The position numbers and the translations under genes were made by a program. From assembly GCA_009914755.4 (NCBI GenBank), contig CP068257.2, positions 2,048,001 to 2,112,000 on the forward strand: a DNA stretch of 64,000 nucleotides, given 5' to 3'. Origin of the DNA: the human T2T-CHM13v2.0 reference genome, Homo sapiens. This document shows positions 25,901 to 39,099 of the stretch, one piece after another. The notes below the pieces were generated by a model. That model saw only the letters and a program-made list of their open reading frames with translations. It did no database searches and was not told where the DNA came from. Numbering within the stretch: position 1 is the first letter of the stretch; every line of letters begins with the position of its first letter.

Positions 25901-28900
25901 AGTGGAATTGAATGGAGTGGAGTGGAGTGGAGTGGAATGCAGTGGAGTTGTGAGGAGTGGAAAAGAGTCGAGTGGCAGGGAATTGAAGGGAATGGAATGG
26001 AATTAAATAGAATGGAATGGAATAGTGTGGAATGGAGTGGAGTGGAATGGAGTGGAGTGCATTGGAATGGAGTGGAGGGGAGTGGAATGGAATGTAGTGG
26101 ATTGGAGTGGCATTGAATGGAATGTAATGGATTGGAGTGGAATGGAGTGGAGTGCAGTGGAATGGACTAAAATGGAATGGAGTGGAGTATAGTAGAGTAG
26201 AGTACAGTGGAGTGGGGTAGAATGGAGTGGATTATGGTAGAGTAAAGTGGAATGGAGTGGAGCAGAATGGAATGGAGTGGATTGGAATAGAGTGGAGTGT
26301 AGTGGAATTGCGTGGAATGGAATGCAGTGGAGTGGCATAAAGTGGAATTGTTTGGAATGGAATACAATTGACTGGAATGGAATGGAGTGGAATTGAGTGG
26401 AGTGGAATGGAGTTGAGTGGAATGGATTGGAGTGGAGTGGAATGTAGTGGAGTGGAGTGGAGTGAAGTGGAGAGGAGGGGAATGGAGTGGAGTAAATTGG
26501 AGGAGTGTGGAATGTAGTGGAATGGAATGCTCTGGAGTGGAGTGTAGTGTATTGGAATGGAATGGAGTGGAGTTGCATGGAGTGGAGTGGAGTGGAATGG
26601 ACTGGAATGGAGTGGAATTGAGTGGAGTGGAATGGAGTGCAGTGGAGTGGAGTGGAATGGAATGGAGTCTAGTGGAATGGAGTGGAATGGAGAGGAATGG
26701 AGTGGAATTTAATGGAGTGGAATGGAATGTAGTGGAGAGGAATGGAGTGGAGTGGAGTGGTGTGGAGTAGAGTGGAGTGGAATGAAGTGGAATGGAGGGG
26801 AATGGAGAGGAACGAAGTGTAGTGGAGTGGAATGGAATTAAGTGGAGCAGAATGGAATGGAGTGCAATGCTATGGAATGGAGTGGAGTAGAATGAAGTGG
26901 ACTGGAGTGGAGTGTAGGGGAGTAATACAGAAAGGAATGGAGTGGAGTGGAGTGGAGTAGAGTGGAGTGGAGTGGAGTAGAGTGGAGTGGAGTGTCATGG
27001 AGTGGGGTGGAATGGAGTGGATTGGAATGGAATGGATTGGAATTAAATGGATTGGAGTGGAATTGAATGGAGGGGAATGGAATGGTGACAAATGGATTAG
27101 AAAGTATTTCAGTCGTGTGGAAAAAATGGAGTGGAAGGGAAAGGAAAGGAATTCAATGGAATGCACTGAAGTGGAGTGACATGGAGTGGACTGCAGTGGA
27201 ATGAGGTAGAATGGAATGCAGTGGAGTGGAATGGAATGGAATGGAAAGGAAAGGAAAGTAATGGAATGGAGTTGTGTGTAATGGAATGGAGTGCAGTGTA
27301 ATTGAGTGGACTGCAGTGAAGTGGAGTGGAATGGAGTTGAATGGAGGGGAATGAAGTGGAGTGGAGTGGAGGGGAAGGAAGTGGAGTGGACTAGAATGGA
27401 GTGGAATGGAGTGGAATGGAATGCAGTGGACAGGAATGGAATGGAGTGGAGTGCAGTGGATTAGAGTTGAGTGGAGTCGAGTGCAGTGGATTAGAATGGA
27501 AAAGATTGCAATGGAGAGGAGAGGAATGGAATGGAGAGGGGTGGAATGGATTGCAATGGAGTGGAATGGAATGCAATGGAGTTTAGTTGAGTAGAGTGGA
27601 GTGGAAAGGAGTGGGGTGGAATGGAGTTGAGTGGATTGGAGAGGAATGGAATCGAGTGGAGTCAAATTGAAAAGAGTGGAGTGGAATTGAGTGGAATGGA
27701 TTGCAGCGGAGTGGAATTGTGTAGAATGGAATGAAGTGGAATGGAGTGGAGTGGAGTCAAGTGGAGTGGAGTGGAATGGAGTGGAGTGGAATGGAGTGGA
27801 GTGGGGTGGAATGGGGTGAAATGGAATGGAATTAAGTGTAAAGGAATTCAGTAGAGGAGAATGGAATGGAGTGCAGAGGAATGTAATGAAATTCATAGGA
27901 GTGGAATGGAATGGAATGGAATAGAATGGGATGGAATGCAGTGGAGTTGAGTGGAATGGATTGGAGAGGAATGGAATGTAGTAGAATGGAAAGCAGTGGA
28001 ATGGAATGGCGTGGAATGGAATGGAAAGCTCTGAATTGGTGTTGAATGGAATGGAGTGGATGGAGTGGAAAGGAGTGAAGTGGAATGGGGTGGAATGGAA
28101 TGAAGTGGAGTGGAATGGAATGGAATGCAATGGAGTGTTGTGGAATGGAGTGGATTGGAGTAGAATTAAGTGGACTGGAGTGGTGTGCAGTGGAATCAAG
28201 TGGTGGGGAGTGGAATGAAGTGGAGTTTAGTGGAATGGAGTGGAAAGGAATGGAGTGGAGTGGAAAGGAATAGATTGGATTGGAGTAAAGTGCAATGGAG
28301 TGGAGTGGAGTGGAGTGCAATGCAATGCAGTGGAGTGGAGAGGTGAGGAATGGAATGGAGTTGAAAGGAATGGAGTAGAGTGGAGTGGAAAGGACTGGAA
28401 TGGAATGGAGTGGAGTGGAGTAGAGTGGAGTGTAGAGGAGAGGGGTCGAATGGAGTGGGGTGGAGTGGAATGGAATGGAATGGAGTGGAGTAAAATGGAC
28501 TGGCTTGGAGTGGCACCGAGTAGAATGGAATGGAGTGGAATGAAATGCTGTTGAAGGGAATAAAATGGAGTGGCGTGGAATGGAATGGAATGGAGTGGAG
28601 TGGAGTGGAGTGGAATGGAGTGCAGTGGAGTGGAATGGAGTGGAATGGAATGGAGTGGAGAAGAATGGAATTTAGTAGAGTGGAGAAGAGTGGAGTGGAG
28701 TGGAATGGAACGAAGTGCAGTGGACTGAAGTGGAGAGCAAAGGAATGGATTAAAGTGGAATTGAGGGGAGTGGAATAGGAAGGAGTAGAGTGGAATGGTG
28801 TGGAATGGATTGGAATGCAATGTAGTGGAATGTAGTGGAGAAGAGTGGAATGGAATTGAGTACAGTGGATTAAAATGGAATGGAGTTGATTTAAATGGAA

Positions 28901-29920
28901 TGTAGTGGAATGGAATGAAGTGGAGGGGAGTGGTGTTTAGTGGAGTGTAGTGGAATGGAGTGGAATTGAATGGAATGGAGTGGAATGGAGTGGAGTGCAG
29001 TGGAAGGGAATTAAGTGGAGTGGAATGGATGGAGTGGATCGGAGGGGAGTAGAATGGAGAGGACTGGAGTGAAGTGGAGTGCAGAAGATCGCAAATTAGT
29101 GGAGTGGAGTGGAATGGAATGGAATGGAGTTGAATGCAGTGGAATTTAGTTGAATGGAGTGCAGTGCAGTGGAATGGAATTAAGTGGAGTGGAATGGAAT
29201 AGTGTGGAATGGAATGGAATGCAGTCGAGTAGAATGGTGGGGACTGGAGTAGAGTGGAGTGGAGTGGAATGAAAAGGAGTAGAGTGGAGTGGAGAGGAAT
29301 GGAGTAGAGTGGAAAGGAATGGAGTCAAGCAGAATGCAGTGGAGTGGAGAGGAATGGAGTGGAACGGAATGGAGAGGAGTGGAATGGAGTGGAGTGGAAT
29401 GGAATGGAATGGAATGGAATGGAGTGGAGTGTAATGGAATGGATTTGATTGGAGTCAATGGAGTGGAATGGAATGGAATGGAATGGAGTGGAATGGAGTG
29501 GAATGGAGTGCTGTGGCGTGGATGGAAATGGAATGGAGTGGAATGGAGAGGAAAGTAATGGAGTGGAGTGGAGTGGAATGGAATAAAGTGAAATGCAGTG
29601 GAATGGAACAGAGTTAAATGGAGTGGAATTGAGTGTAGTGGAGTGGAATGGAATCGAATGCAGTGGAATAAAATGGTGTGGAGGGGAATGGAATGGAATG
29701 GAGTGGAATTGAATGGAGTGGAATGCAGTGGTGTGGATATCAGTGGAGTGTAATTAAATGGAGAGTAATGGAATGGAATGGAGTGGAATGGAGAGGAACG
29801 AAGTGGAGTGGAGTGGAATGGAAGTATGTGGAGTGGAATGGAATGGAGAGGAATGGTATGGAATGGAATGGAGAAGAATGAAGTGGACTGGAATGGAGTG
29901 GAGAGGAGTAGAATGGAAAC

Positions 29921-30075
29921 GAGTGGAGTGGAGTTGAGTGGAGTGGAGATGAGTGGGGTAGATTGGAGTGGAGTGTAATGGAGTGGAGTGTAATGGAGTG
30001 GAGTGGAGTTGAGTGGAGTGGAGATGAGTGGGGTAGATTGGAGTGGAATTGAGTGGAGTGTAATGGAGTGGAGTG
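29921..30075 (+). repeat. Tandem duplication of a 75-bp unit
   Basis: gagtggagtggagttgagtggagtggagatgagtggggtagattggagtgga(g/a)t..gagtggagtgtaatg appears twice in tandem. It also shows as a repeated peptide in the 29754..30089 minus-strand ORF. Confidence 0.85.
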
Positions 30076-30539
30076 GAATTGCAGGGCATGGAAGGGCATG
30101 AAATGGATTGGAATGGTTTGCAGGGGTGTGGAAAAATTGGAGTGGAGGGGAGGGGATTCGTATGGAGTGGAATGGAATGGAGTGGAATGGAGTGCCTTGG
30201 AATGGAGTGGAATGGAATGGAATGGAGTATAATGGAGTGTTATGGAGAGGAGTGGAGTGGAATGGACTGGACTGAAATGGAGCGGAGTGGAGTGGGGTGG
30301 TATGAATAGGAGTGGATTCCAGTGGAATGTGATGGAATGTAGTGGAATGGAGTGCAGTGGAGTGGAATGGAGTGGAATGGAGTGGAGTGGACGGGAAAGG
30401 AATGTAGTGGAGTGGAATGGAATGAAAGTGAATGGAGTAGAGTGGAATGGAATGGAATGGAATGGAGTGGAGTGGAGTGGAATGGGATGGAGTGGAGTGG
30501 AATGGAAAGGAGTGGAGTGGAACAGAGTGGACTGGTGTG

Positions 30540-33200
30540 GAATGGAAATTAATCGAATGGAGTTTAATACAGAGAAGTAAAATGAAATGGAATGTAGGGG
30601 AACGGATTTAGTGGAATGGAATGGAATGCCCGGAAGAGGAGAGGAATGGAGTGGAGTGAAGTGGAGAGGAGTGGAGTGGAATGGGGTGGAATGCAATGAA
30701 GTGGATTGGAATGGAATGGAATGAAAGGAATGGAATGGAGTGCTGTGGAAAGGAATGGAGATGAGTACAATGCAGTGGAATGGAATGGAGTGGAGTGCAG
30801 TGAATTAGAGTGGACTTACTTGAAATGGAGTGGAAAGGAGTGTAAAGAAGTGAAATGGAATGGAATGGAGTGGAATGGAATGGAAGTCAGTGGGGTGGAG
30901 TGTAACGGAATGGAGTGGAGCAGAGTGGTGCGGAATTGTATGGAATGGAGTGGACTGGAGTGGAGTGGAATATAGTGGAGGTCAATTGAGAGGAGTGGAA
31001 TGGAATAGGGTGAAATGGAATGGAATGTAGTGGAATACAGTGGAATGGAGTGGAGTGGAGGGGAAAGGAGTGGAGTGGAATGGAATGGAATGGAGTGGAA
31101 TGGATCGAGTGGAGTGGAATGGAATGTAGTAGAGTGGAACAGAGTTGAGTGGTGTGGAACGGTAGTAAGTGGAATGGAGTGGAACGGAGAGAAGTGAAAT
31201 GGAGTTCAGTGGAAGAGAACGGATGTAGTGGAATGGAATGGAATGCCCTGAAGACGAGTGGAATGGAGTGGAGTGAAGAGGATTTGAGTGGAGTGGAATG
31301 GGGTGGAATGGAATGAAGTGGAGTGGAATGGAATGGAATGGAATGAAATGGAATTGAATGCAGTAGTGTGGACAGGAATGGAATTGAGTACAATGGAGTG
31401 GACTGCAGTGGAGTGGAGTGGAAAGGAGTACAATGGAGGGGAATGAAGTGCAGTGGAGTGGAATGTATTGGAATGGAATGGAGTTGAGTTGAATGGAATG
31501 GAGTGGAGAGGAATGGAATGGAGTGTAGTAGAGTAGAGTGGTGTGGAATGGAATGAAATGGAATGCAGTGTTGTGGAGTGGAGTGGAATTGAATGTAGTG
31601 GAGTGGAATAGAGTGGTGTGGAGAGAAACTGGGATGGAATGAAGTGGAGTGGAGTAGAGTGGACTGGAGTGGAGTGGGGTGGAATGGAGTGGAGTGGAGT
31701 GGAATGGAATGCTGTGGAGTGGAATGGAGTGGAATGGAATGAAGTGGAGTGGAATAAAATAGAGTGAATGGGAATGGAGTGGAAAGGATGGAATTGAAGG
31801 GAGTGGAATGGAGTGGAGGGGAATGGAATGGAGTGCAGTTGAGAGGAAAGAATTGCAGTGGAGTGGAATGGAGAGGAATGGAATAAAGTGGAGTGGAGTG
31901 GAATTGAGTGGAGTCGTGTGGAATGGAGTTGAGTGGAGTACAATGGAGTGGAAGGGAGTGGAGAGGAATGGAATGGAATGAAGTGCACTGGAATGAAGTG
32001 GAGTGGAATGGAATGGAGTGGAGTGGAACGGAGTAGAGTGGAGGGCAATGGAGTGGAATGAAGTGGAGTGGAGTGGAGTAGAGTGGAATGGAGTGGAGTG
32101 GAATAGAGTGGAGTGGAGAGGAGTGGAACGGAATAAGGTGAAATGGAATGCAATGGAGTGGAGTGGAGGGGAAAGGAATGGCGTGGAGTGGAATGGGATG
32201 GAATGGAATGGACTGGAGTGGAATGCAATGGAGTGGACTGGAATGAAATGGAGTGGAGTGGAATGGAGTGGAGTGGAGTGTAATGGAGGGCAACGGAGTG
32301 GAAGGGGAGTGGAATGGAATGGAGGGAAGTTCAATTGAGTGGAGTGGAGTGTGGTCGAGTGGAAAGGGGTGAAATGGAATGGAATGGAGTGGAGTGGAAT
32401 GGAATTGAGTGGAGTGAATTGGAGTGGAATGGAATGGAGTGGAGTGGAGTGTAATGGAATGGAATTGAATGGAATGGACTGGAATGGAATGGATTGGAAT
32501 GGAGTGGACTTTAATGGAATGGAGTGTAATGCAGTGGAATAGAAAGGAGTGGAGAGGAATTGAGTGGAGTGGAATTGAATGCAGTAGAGTGGCACAGAGT
32601 GGAGGGGAGTGGAGTGAGTGACTTGAAATGAATGGAATGTTATGAAACGCAATGGCAAGGAACAGAATGGAATGGAGTGGAGTGCAGTGAAATAGAGTCA
32701 ACTGGAATGGAATGGAGTGGAAAGGAGTGGAAAGTTTTGGAATGCAATGTAATGGTAGGGAGTGGAATGGAACACAGTGGAGTGGAGTGGAATGGAGTGC
32801 ACTGGAGTGGAATTCTGTGGAATGGTATGGAGTGGAGTGGAGTGGAATGGAGTGGAGGGGAATGGAGTGCAGTAGAATAGAATAGGTTGAAATGCTATGG
32901 AATGTAGTGGAAAGGAGTGGAGGGAGGGGAAAGAAATGGAATGGAGTGTAATGGAATGGAATGGAATGGAGTGGAGTGGAGTGGAGTGGAATGGAATGGA
33001 GTCGAGTTTAATGCAATGTAGTGGAGTGGAACAGAATGGAGTGTTCTGTAATGGAAGGAAGTGGAATGGAGTGGAGTGAAGAGAAGTGAAATGGAATGGA
33101 CTGGAGGGGAACATACGGAGTGGAATGGAATGAAATGCCCTGAAGTGGAGTGGAATGGAGTGGAATGTGGTGGAGTTGAGTGAAGGGGAATGGGGTGGAA
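30540..33200 (+). repeat. Diverged HOR marked by ggaatgccc(g/t)gaag, with a spacing of ~620-650 bp or multiples of it
   Basis: The marker sits at 30625, 31243 and 33135. Flanks agree in each copy (gaatggggtggaatg.aatgaagtgga; gagtacaatg; gaagagaacgga/ggaacggatttag/ggaacatacgga). Confidence 0.45.
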
Positions 33201-36200
33201 TGGAATGTAGTGGAGTGGAGTGGAATGGAATGGAATGGAATGGAATGGAATGGAATGGAAAGGAATGGAATGGAATGGAAAGGAATAGAGTGGTTTGGAA
33301 AGGAATGGATTGGAGTAAAATGGAGTGGACTGCATTGGAGTGGAGTGGAATGGATGGCACTGAAGGGGAATGAAGTTGTGGAGAGGAAAGTAGCGGAATG
33401 GAATGGGGTGGAGTGGAATGGAATATAGTGGAGAGGAATGGAATGGAGAGGAATGGAGTAGAGTGGAGTGCACTGGAGTGGAGTGGAATGGAATGGAATG
33501 CAGTGGGGTGGAATGGAATGGAATGGAGTGGAGTAAACCAGAGTGGATTCGAGTGGAGTGGAATGGAATGCAGTGGAGAGGAGTGGAGTGGAATGGAATG
33601 GAGTGGAGTGAAAAGGATGTCAGTGGAGTGAAGTGGAGTGGAATTGAGTGGAGGGGAGTGGAATGAAATGGACATATTGGAACAGAGTGGAATGGAATGG
33701 AATGCACTGGAGGGGAGTGGAATGGAAAGGAGTGTATTGGAATAGAGTGGTGTGGAGCGGAAGGGACTGGAATGGAATTGAGTGGACTGGAGAAGAGTGG
33801 AGTGGATTGGAGTGGGCTGGAATGGAATGGAGTGGAGTGGAGTGGAATAGAATGGAGTGGAGCTGAATGGAGTGGAGTGGAGTGGAATGGAATGCAGTGG
33901 AGTGGAATGGAGTGGAATGGAATGAAGTGGAGTAGAATGGAATGAAGTGGATTGGAATAAAATGGAGTGCAATGGAATGGATGGATTTCAAGGGAGTGGA
34001 ATGGAGTGGAGTGGAATGGAGTGGTTTGGAATGGAGTGGAGTGGAGTGGAATTGAGTGGAGTTGAGAGGAAAGAAGTGGACTGTAGTGGAATACAAGGAA
34101 TGGAGTACAGTGGAGTGCAGTGGAATTGAGTCGATTGGAATTTATTGGAGTGAAGTGGAGTACACTGGAATGGAGGGGAGGGGAGTGGAATGAAGTGGAG
34201 TAGAATGGAAGGGATTGGAGTGGAATGGAGTGGAATGGAGGGCAATGGACTGGGACAGAGTGGAGTGAAGTGGAGTAGAGTATAGGGGAGTGGAATGGAG
34301 TGCAGTGGAGAGGAATGGAATAGGGTGAAATGGAATGGAATGGAGTAGAATGGAGATTTGTGGGGAATGGAATGGAGAGCAGTGGAATGGAATGGAATGC
34401 AATGGAATGGAGTGGAGTGGAATGGAAAGTAGTAGAATGGAATGGAAGAGAAAGGAATAGAATGGAGTGGAATGGAATGGAATTGAATAGAGTGGAATGG
34501 AGTGGAGTGGAGTGGAATGGAGTGGACTGGAGTGGAATGGATTAGAGTGGAGTGCAGTGGAATGGCGTGGAGCGGTAGGGAATGGATTGTAGTGGAATGG
34601 AATGGAATGCAACAGAGTGGAGGGGAGTGGAGGGGAGTCGAATGCAATGTAGTGGAGTGGAGTGCACAAGAGTGGAGTGGAATGGAGTGGAATGGAATGG
34701 AGTGGAATGGAATGTACTGGAATGGAGTGGAATGGAATTGAATAGAATAGAGTGGAATGGAATGGAATTGAATGGAGTGGAATGGAATGCAGAGGAGTGG
34801 AATGCAACAGAGTGGAAAGGAATGGAGTAGATGGATTGCAGTGGAGTGGAGTGGAGTGAAGTGGAGTGGAGTGGAGTTCAATGGAGGTGAGTGGAGTTGA
34901 GTGGAGTGGAGTGAAGTGGAATGGAGTGGAATGTAGTTGAGTGCAGTGGAATGGAGTAGAATGGAATGGAGTGGACTGGAATGGAGTGGAATGGAGTGGA
35001 GCTGAGTGGAGTGGAATGGAGTGCAGTTGAAAGGAATGGAATTCAATGGAGTTGAGTGGAATGGAGTGGAGTGCTGTGGCATGGTGACAAATGGAATGGA
35101 GTTGAACGGAATGGAATTGAGGGAAATGAAATAGAGTGGAATGGAGTGGAATGCAATGTGATGGAATGGAGGGGAATGGAGTGGAATGGAGTGGAGTGCA
35201 ATGGAAGGTAGTGGAAAGGAATGGAATGGAGAGGATTGCAATGAAGTGAAATGGAATGGAGGGGAGTGAAATGGAATGGAACGGAGTGGAGTGGATTTCA
35301 ATGGAGTGCAGTGGAATGGAGTGGGGTGGAGTGGAATGGAGTGCAATGGAATGGAATGGAGTGGAATGGAATTAAGTGGAATGGGGAGGAGTGGAATGGA
35401 ATGTAGTGGAGTGGATTGGAATTGAAAGGAAAGGAGTGGACTGGAATAGAATGGCGTGGAGTAGAATGGAATGGAAAGGAATGCAATGGCAAGGAATGGA
35501 ATGGAATGGACTGGAGCACAGTGAAATAGAGTAGACAGGAATGGCATGGAATGGAATTGAATAGAAAGGAGTGGATTGGAATGGAATAGAGTGATGTGGA
35601 ATGGAGAGGGGTGGAATAGAATGGGTGGATTGGAGTGGATTGGAGTGGAATGGAATGGAGTGGAATGGAATGGAATGGAAGGGAATGATTTTGAGAGGAA
35701 TGGAGTGGAATGGAATCGAATGGAACAGAATGGAATGATTTTGAGAGGAATGGAGTGGAAAGGATTGGAATTGAGTGGAGTGGCATGGAATGGAGTCGAA
35801 TAGAATGGAATGGAATGGAATGCAACGGCAAGGAATGGAATGGAAAGGAGTGGAAGGCAGTGTAGTAAAGTGGACTGCAATGACATGGAGTGCAAAGGAG
35901 GGGAAAGCAGTGGAATGAAATGGAATGGAGTGGAAAGGAATGGAAGGGAATTGAGTGGAGTGGAATATAGAGGAGTGGAGTGGAGAGGTGTGGAATGGAA
36001 TTGAGGGGAGTGGAGTGGAGAGCAGTGGAAAGGAATGGAATAGAATGGAGGGGATTGAAATGTAATGGAGTGGAGTGGAATGGAATGCAATGAAGTGGAG
36101 TGCAATGGAGAAGATTGGAGGTAAATGGAGTGGAGTGGAATGGGGTAGAATGGAATGCACTGGAATGGAATGGAATGAAATGGAAAGGAATGGAAGGGAG

Positions 36201-39099
36201 TGGTGTGGAATAGAATGGAGTAGATTACAATGGAGTGGACTGCAGTGGAGAGGAGAGGAATGGAGTGGAGTGGAGGGGAAGGAAGTGGAGTGGAGTGGAA
36301 TGTAGTGGAATGGAATGGAGTCGAGTGGAATGGAGTGGAGTGTGGTGGAATGGAATGGAGTTGAGTGGAGTAGAGTGGAGTGGAGAGGATTGGAATGGCA
36401 TGCAGTGGACGGGATTGGAGTGGAATGGAATGGAGTGGAGTGGAGTGGAATGGAGTTGAATGGACTGGAATGGAATGTTGTGGAGTGGAGAGGGGTGGAG
36501 TGGTGTGTAACGGACTGGAGTGGAACGGAGTGGAATGGAATTGAGTTTAGTGGAATGGAGTGGACTGGAGTGGAATGGAGTGGAATGGAATGGAGTGGAG
36601 TGGAATGGAATCGAATCGAGGTAAGTGGAATTGAGTGGAGTGTTAGGGAATGGAATGGAATGGAGTGGATTGGAATGGAATTGAGTGGAATGGAGTGGAC
36701 TGGAATGTAATGGAGTGGAGGGGAATGGAATGGAAAGGAGTGCAGTGGAATGGAACGGAGTGAAGTGGAATGGAGAAGAGTAGAGTGGAATGGAATGGTG
36801 TGCAGTGGAATGGAGAGGAATGGAATGGAGTGGAGTGGAATGGAATGGAATGGAAGGGAATAGTATTGAATGCAATGGAATGGAATGGATTGGAACAGAG
36901 TATAGTGGAATGAAATGGAGTAGACTAGAATGGAATGGAGTGGAATGGAATGGAATGGAATGGGGTGGATTGGCATGGAGTGTAGTCGAATTGAATGGAG
37001 TGGAGTGAAACATAGTGGAGTGGAATGGAGAGAATGGAATGGAATGGAATGGAATGGAATGGAATGGAATGGAATGCAATGCAATGCAATGCAATGGCAA
37101 GGAATGGAATGGAACGGAGTGGAGAGCAGTGGAGTAGAGTGGACTGGAATGGAATGGAGTGGAATGTAGGGGAAAGCAGTGGAATGGGATGGAATGGAGT
37201 GGAGTGGAATGGAACTCAGTGGAGTGGAGTGGAATGGAGTGGAGTGGAGTGGTGTGGAATGGAATGGAGTGGAGTGGAGTGGAGTGGAATGGAATGGAGT
37301 GGAGTGGATTAGAGTAGAGTGGAGTGGAATTTAGTGGAATGGAATGGAGTGGAGTGGAATGGAATGGGGTGAAAGGGAATGGAGTGGAGTGGAACTGAGT
37401 AGCGTGCAGTGGAATGGAATGGAGTGGAGAGCAATGGATTGGAGTGGAGTGGAATGGAGTATAATGGAATGCAGTAGAGTGGAATGGAGTGGAATGGAAT
37501 GAAGTGGAGTGGAATAAAATGGCGCGGAGTGGAATGGAATGGAGTGAAATAGAAAGGAGTGGAACAGAATGGAGTGGAATGGAGAGGAGTGGAATGGAGT
37601 CGCATGGAGTGGAATGGACTTGCATTGATTGGAAAGAAGTGGAGTGGAGTGGAATGGAGTGGAATGTAATGGAGAGGAGTTGAATGGAATGAAGTGGAGT
37701 GGAATGGAATGGTGGGGAAGAGTAGAGTGGAGTGGAAGGGAATGGAGAGAAATGGAAAGGAATGAAGTGCAGTGGAGTGAAGTGGATTGGAATGGAATGG
37801 AGTGGAGTGGAATGGAGTGATGTGGAGAGGAATGGACTGGAATGGAGTGGAGTGGAGTGTAGTGGAATCGAGTGGGGAGAAGTGGAGTGCAGTGGAATGG
37901 AATGGAGTGGAGTGGACTGGAGTGGAGTGGAGTGGAATGGAACGGAAAGGAATGAAATGGAAAGGAATGGAATGCAATGGAATGCAATGGAGTGCAGTGG
38001 AGAATAGTGTACTGGAGTGGAGTATTAATGGGGTTGAATCGAATGGAGAGAAGTGGAATGGAATGGAATGGAATGGAATGGAATGGAATGGAATGGAATG
38101 GAATGGAATGTACCGGAGTGGAAAGGAGTCAAGAGAAATAGATTGCAGAGGAAATGAGTGGAGGAGAGTGGAGAGGAATGGAGTGGAGTTGACAGGAAAG
38201 GAATGGAATGGAATTGAATGGAAAGGCATGGAATAGACAGGAAAGGAATGAAGTGGAATGGAGTGGAATGGAATGCACTGGAAAGGAATAAAATGGACTG
38301 GAGAGGAATGGAATGGAGTGGAATGGAATGGAGTGGACTGGAGAGGAGTAGAGAGGAGTGGAGTCGAATGGAGTGGACTGAAATGGAAGGGAGTGAAATT
38401 GATTGGATTGTAGTGGAGTGGAATGGAATAGAATGGAGTGGAGTGGAATGGAGTTGAATGGAATGGAATGGAGTGGAGTGGAATGGAATGGAGTGGAATG
38501 AAATGGTATGGAGTGGAGTACAATGGAATTGAGAGGAGTCAAATGGAGTGGAGTGGATTGGAATGAATTGGAGTGGAATAGATTGGAGTAGAGAGGAATG
38601 GAACTGAGTGATTTGGAATGGAATGGAGAGGAGTGGACTAGAGTGGAGTGGAGTGGAGTGGAATGTAGTGAAATGAAATGAATGGAGGGGAATGCAGTAG
38701 AATTGACTGGAGTGGTGTGGAATGGAATGGAGTAGGAGTGGAATGGAATGAAGTAGAGTGCGGTAGACTGGAGTGGAATGGAATGGAGTGGAGTGCAATG
38801 GAATGGAATGGAATGGAATGGAATGGAATTGAATGGATGGGAGTGAAGTGGAATGGGATTGAGTAGAGTGAATTTAATGGAGTACAATGGAATGGAAAGG
38901 AAAGGAATTGAATGGAGAGGATTGTAATGTAATGGAATGAAATGGAATGGAGTGGAGTGCAGTGGAGTGGAATGGAGTGGAGTGGAGTGGAATGGAATGG
39001 AATGGAAAGGAATGGAGTAGAATGGAGTGGACTGGAATGGAATGGAGTGGAGAGGTGGGGAGTGGAGTTTAATGGAGTGGAGTGTCATGGAGCGGAGTG

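Noticed and set aside
37061-37090. Short (gcaat)5 run, aatgcaatgcaatgcaatgcaatgg
   Set aside because: A trivial local point-variant (G to C) of the pentamer propagated by slippage. It is not a distinct feature.
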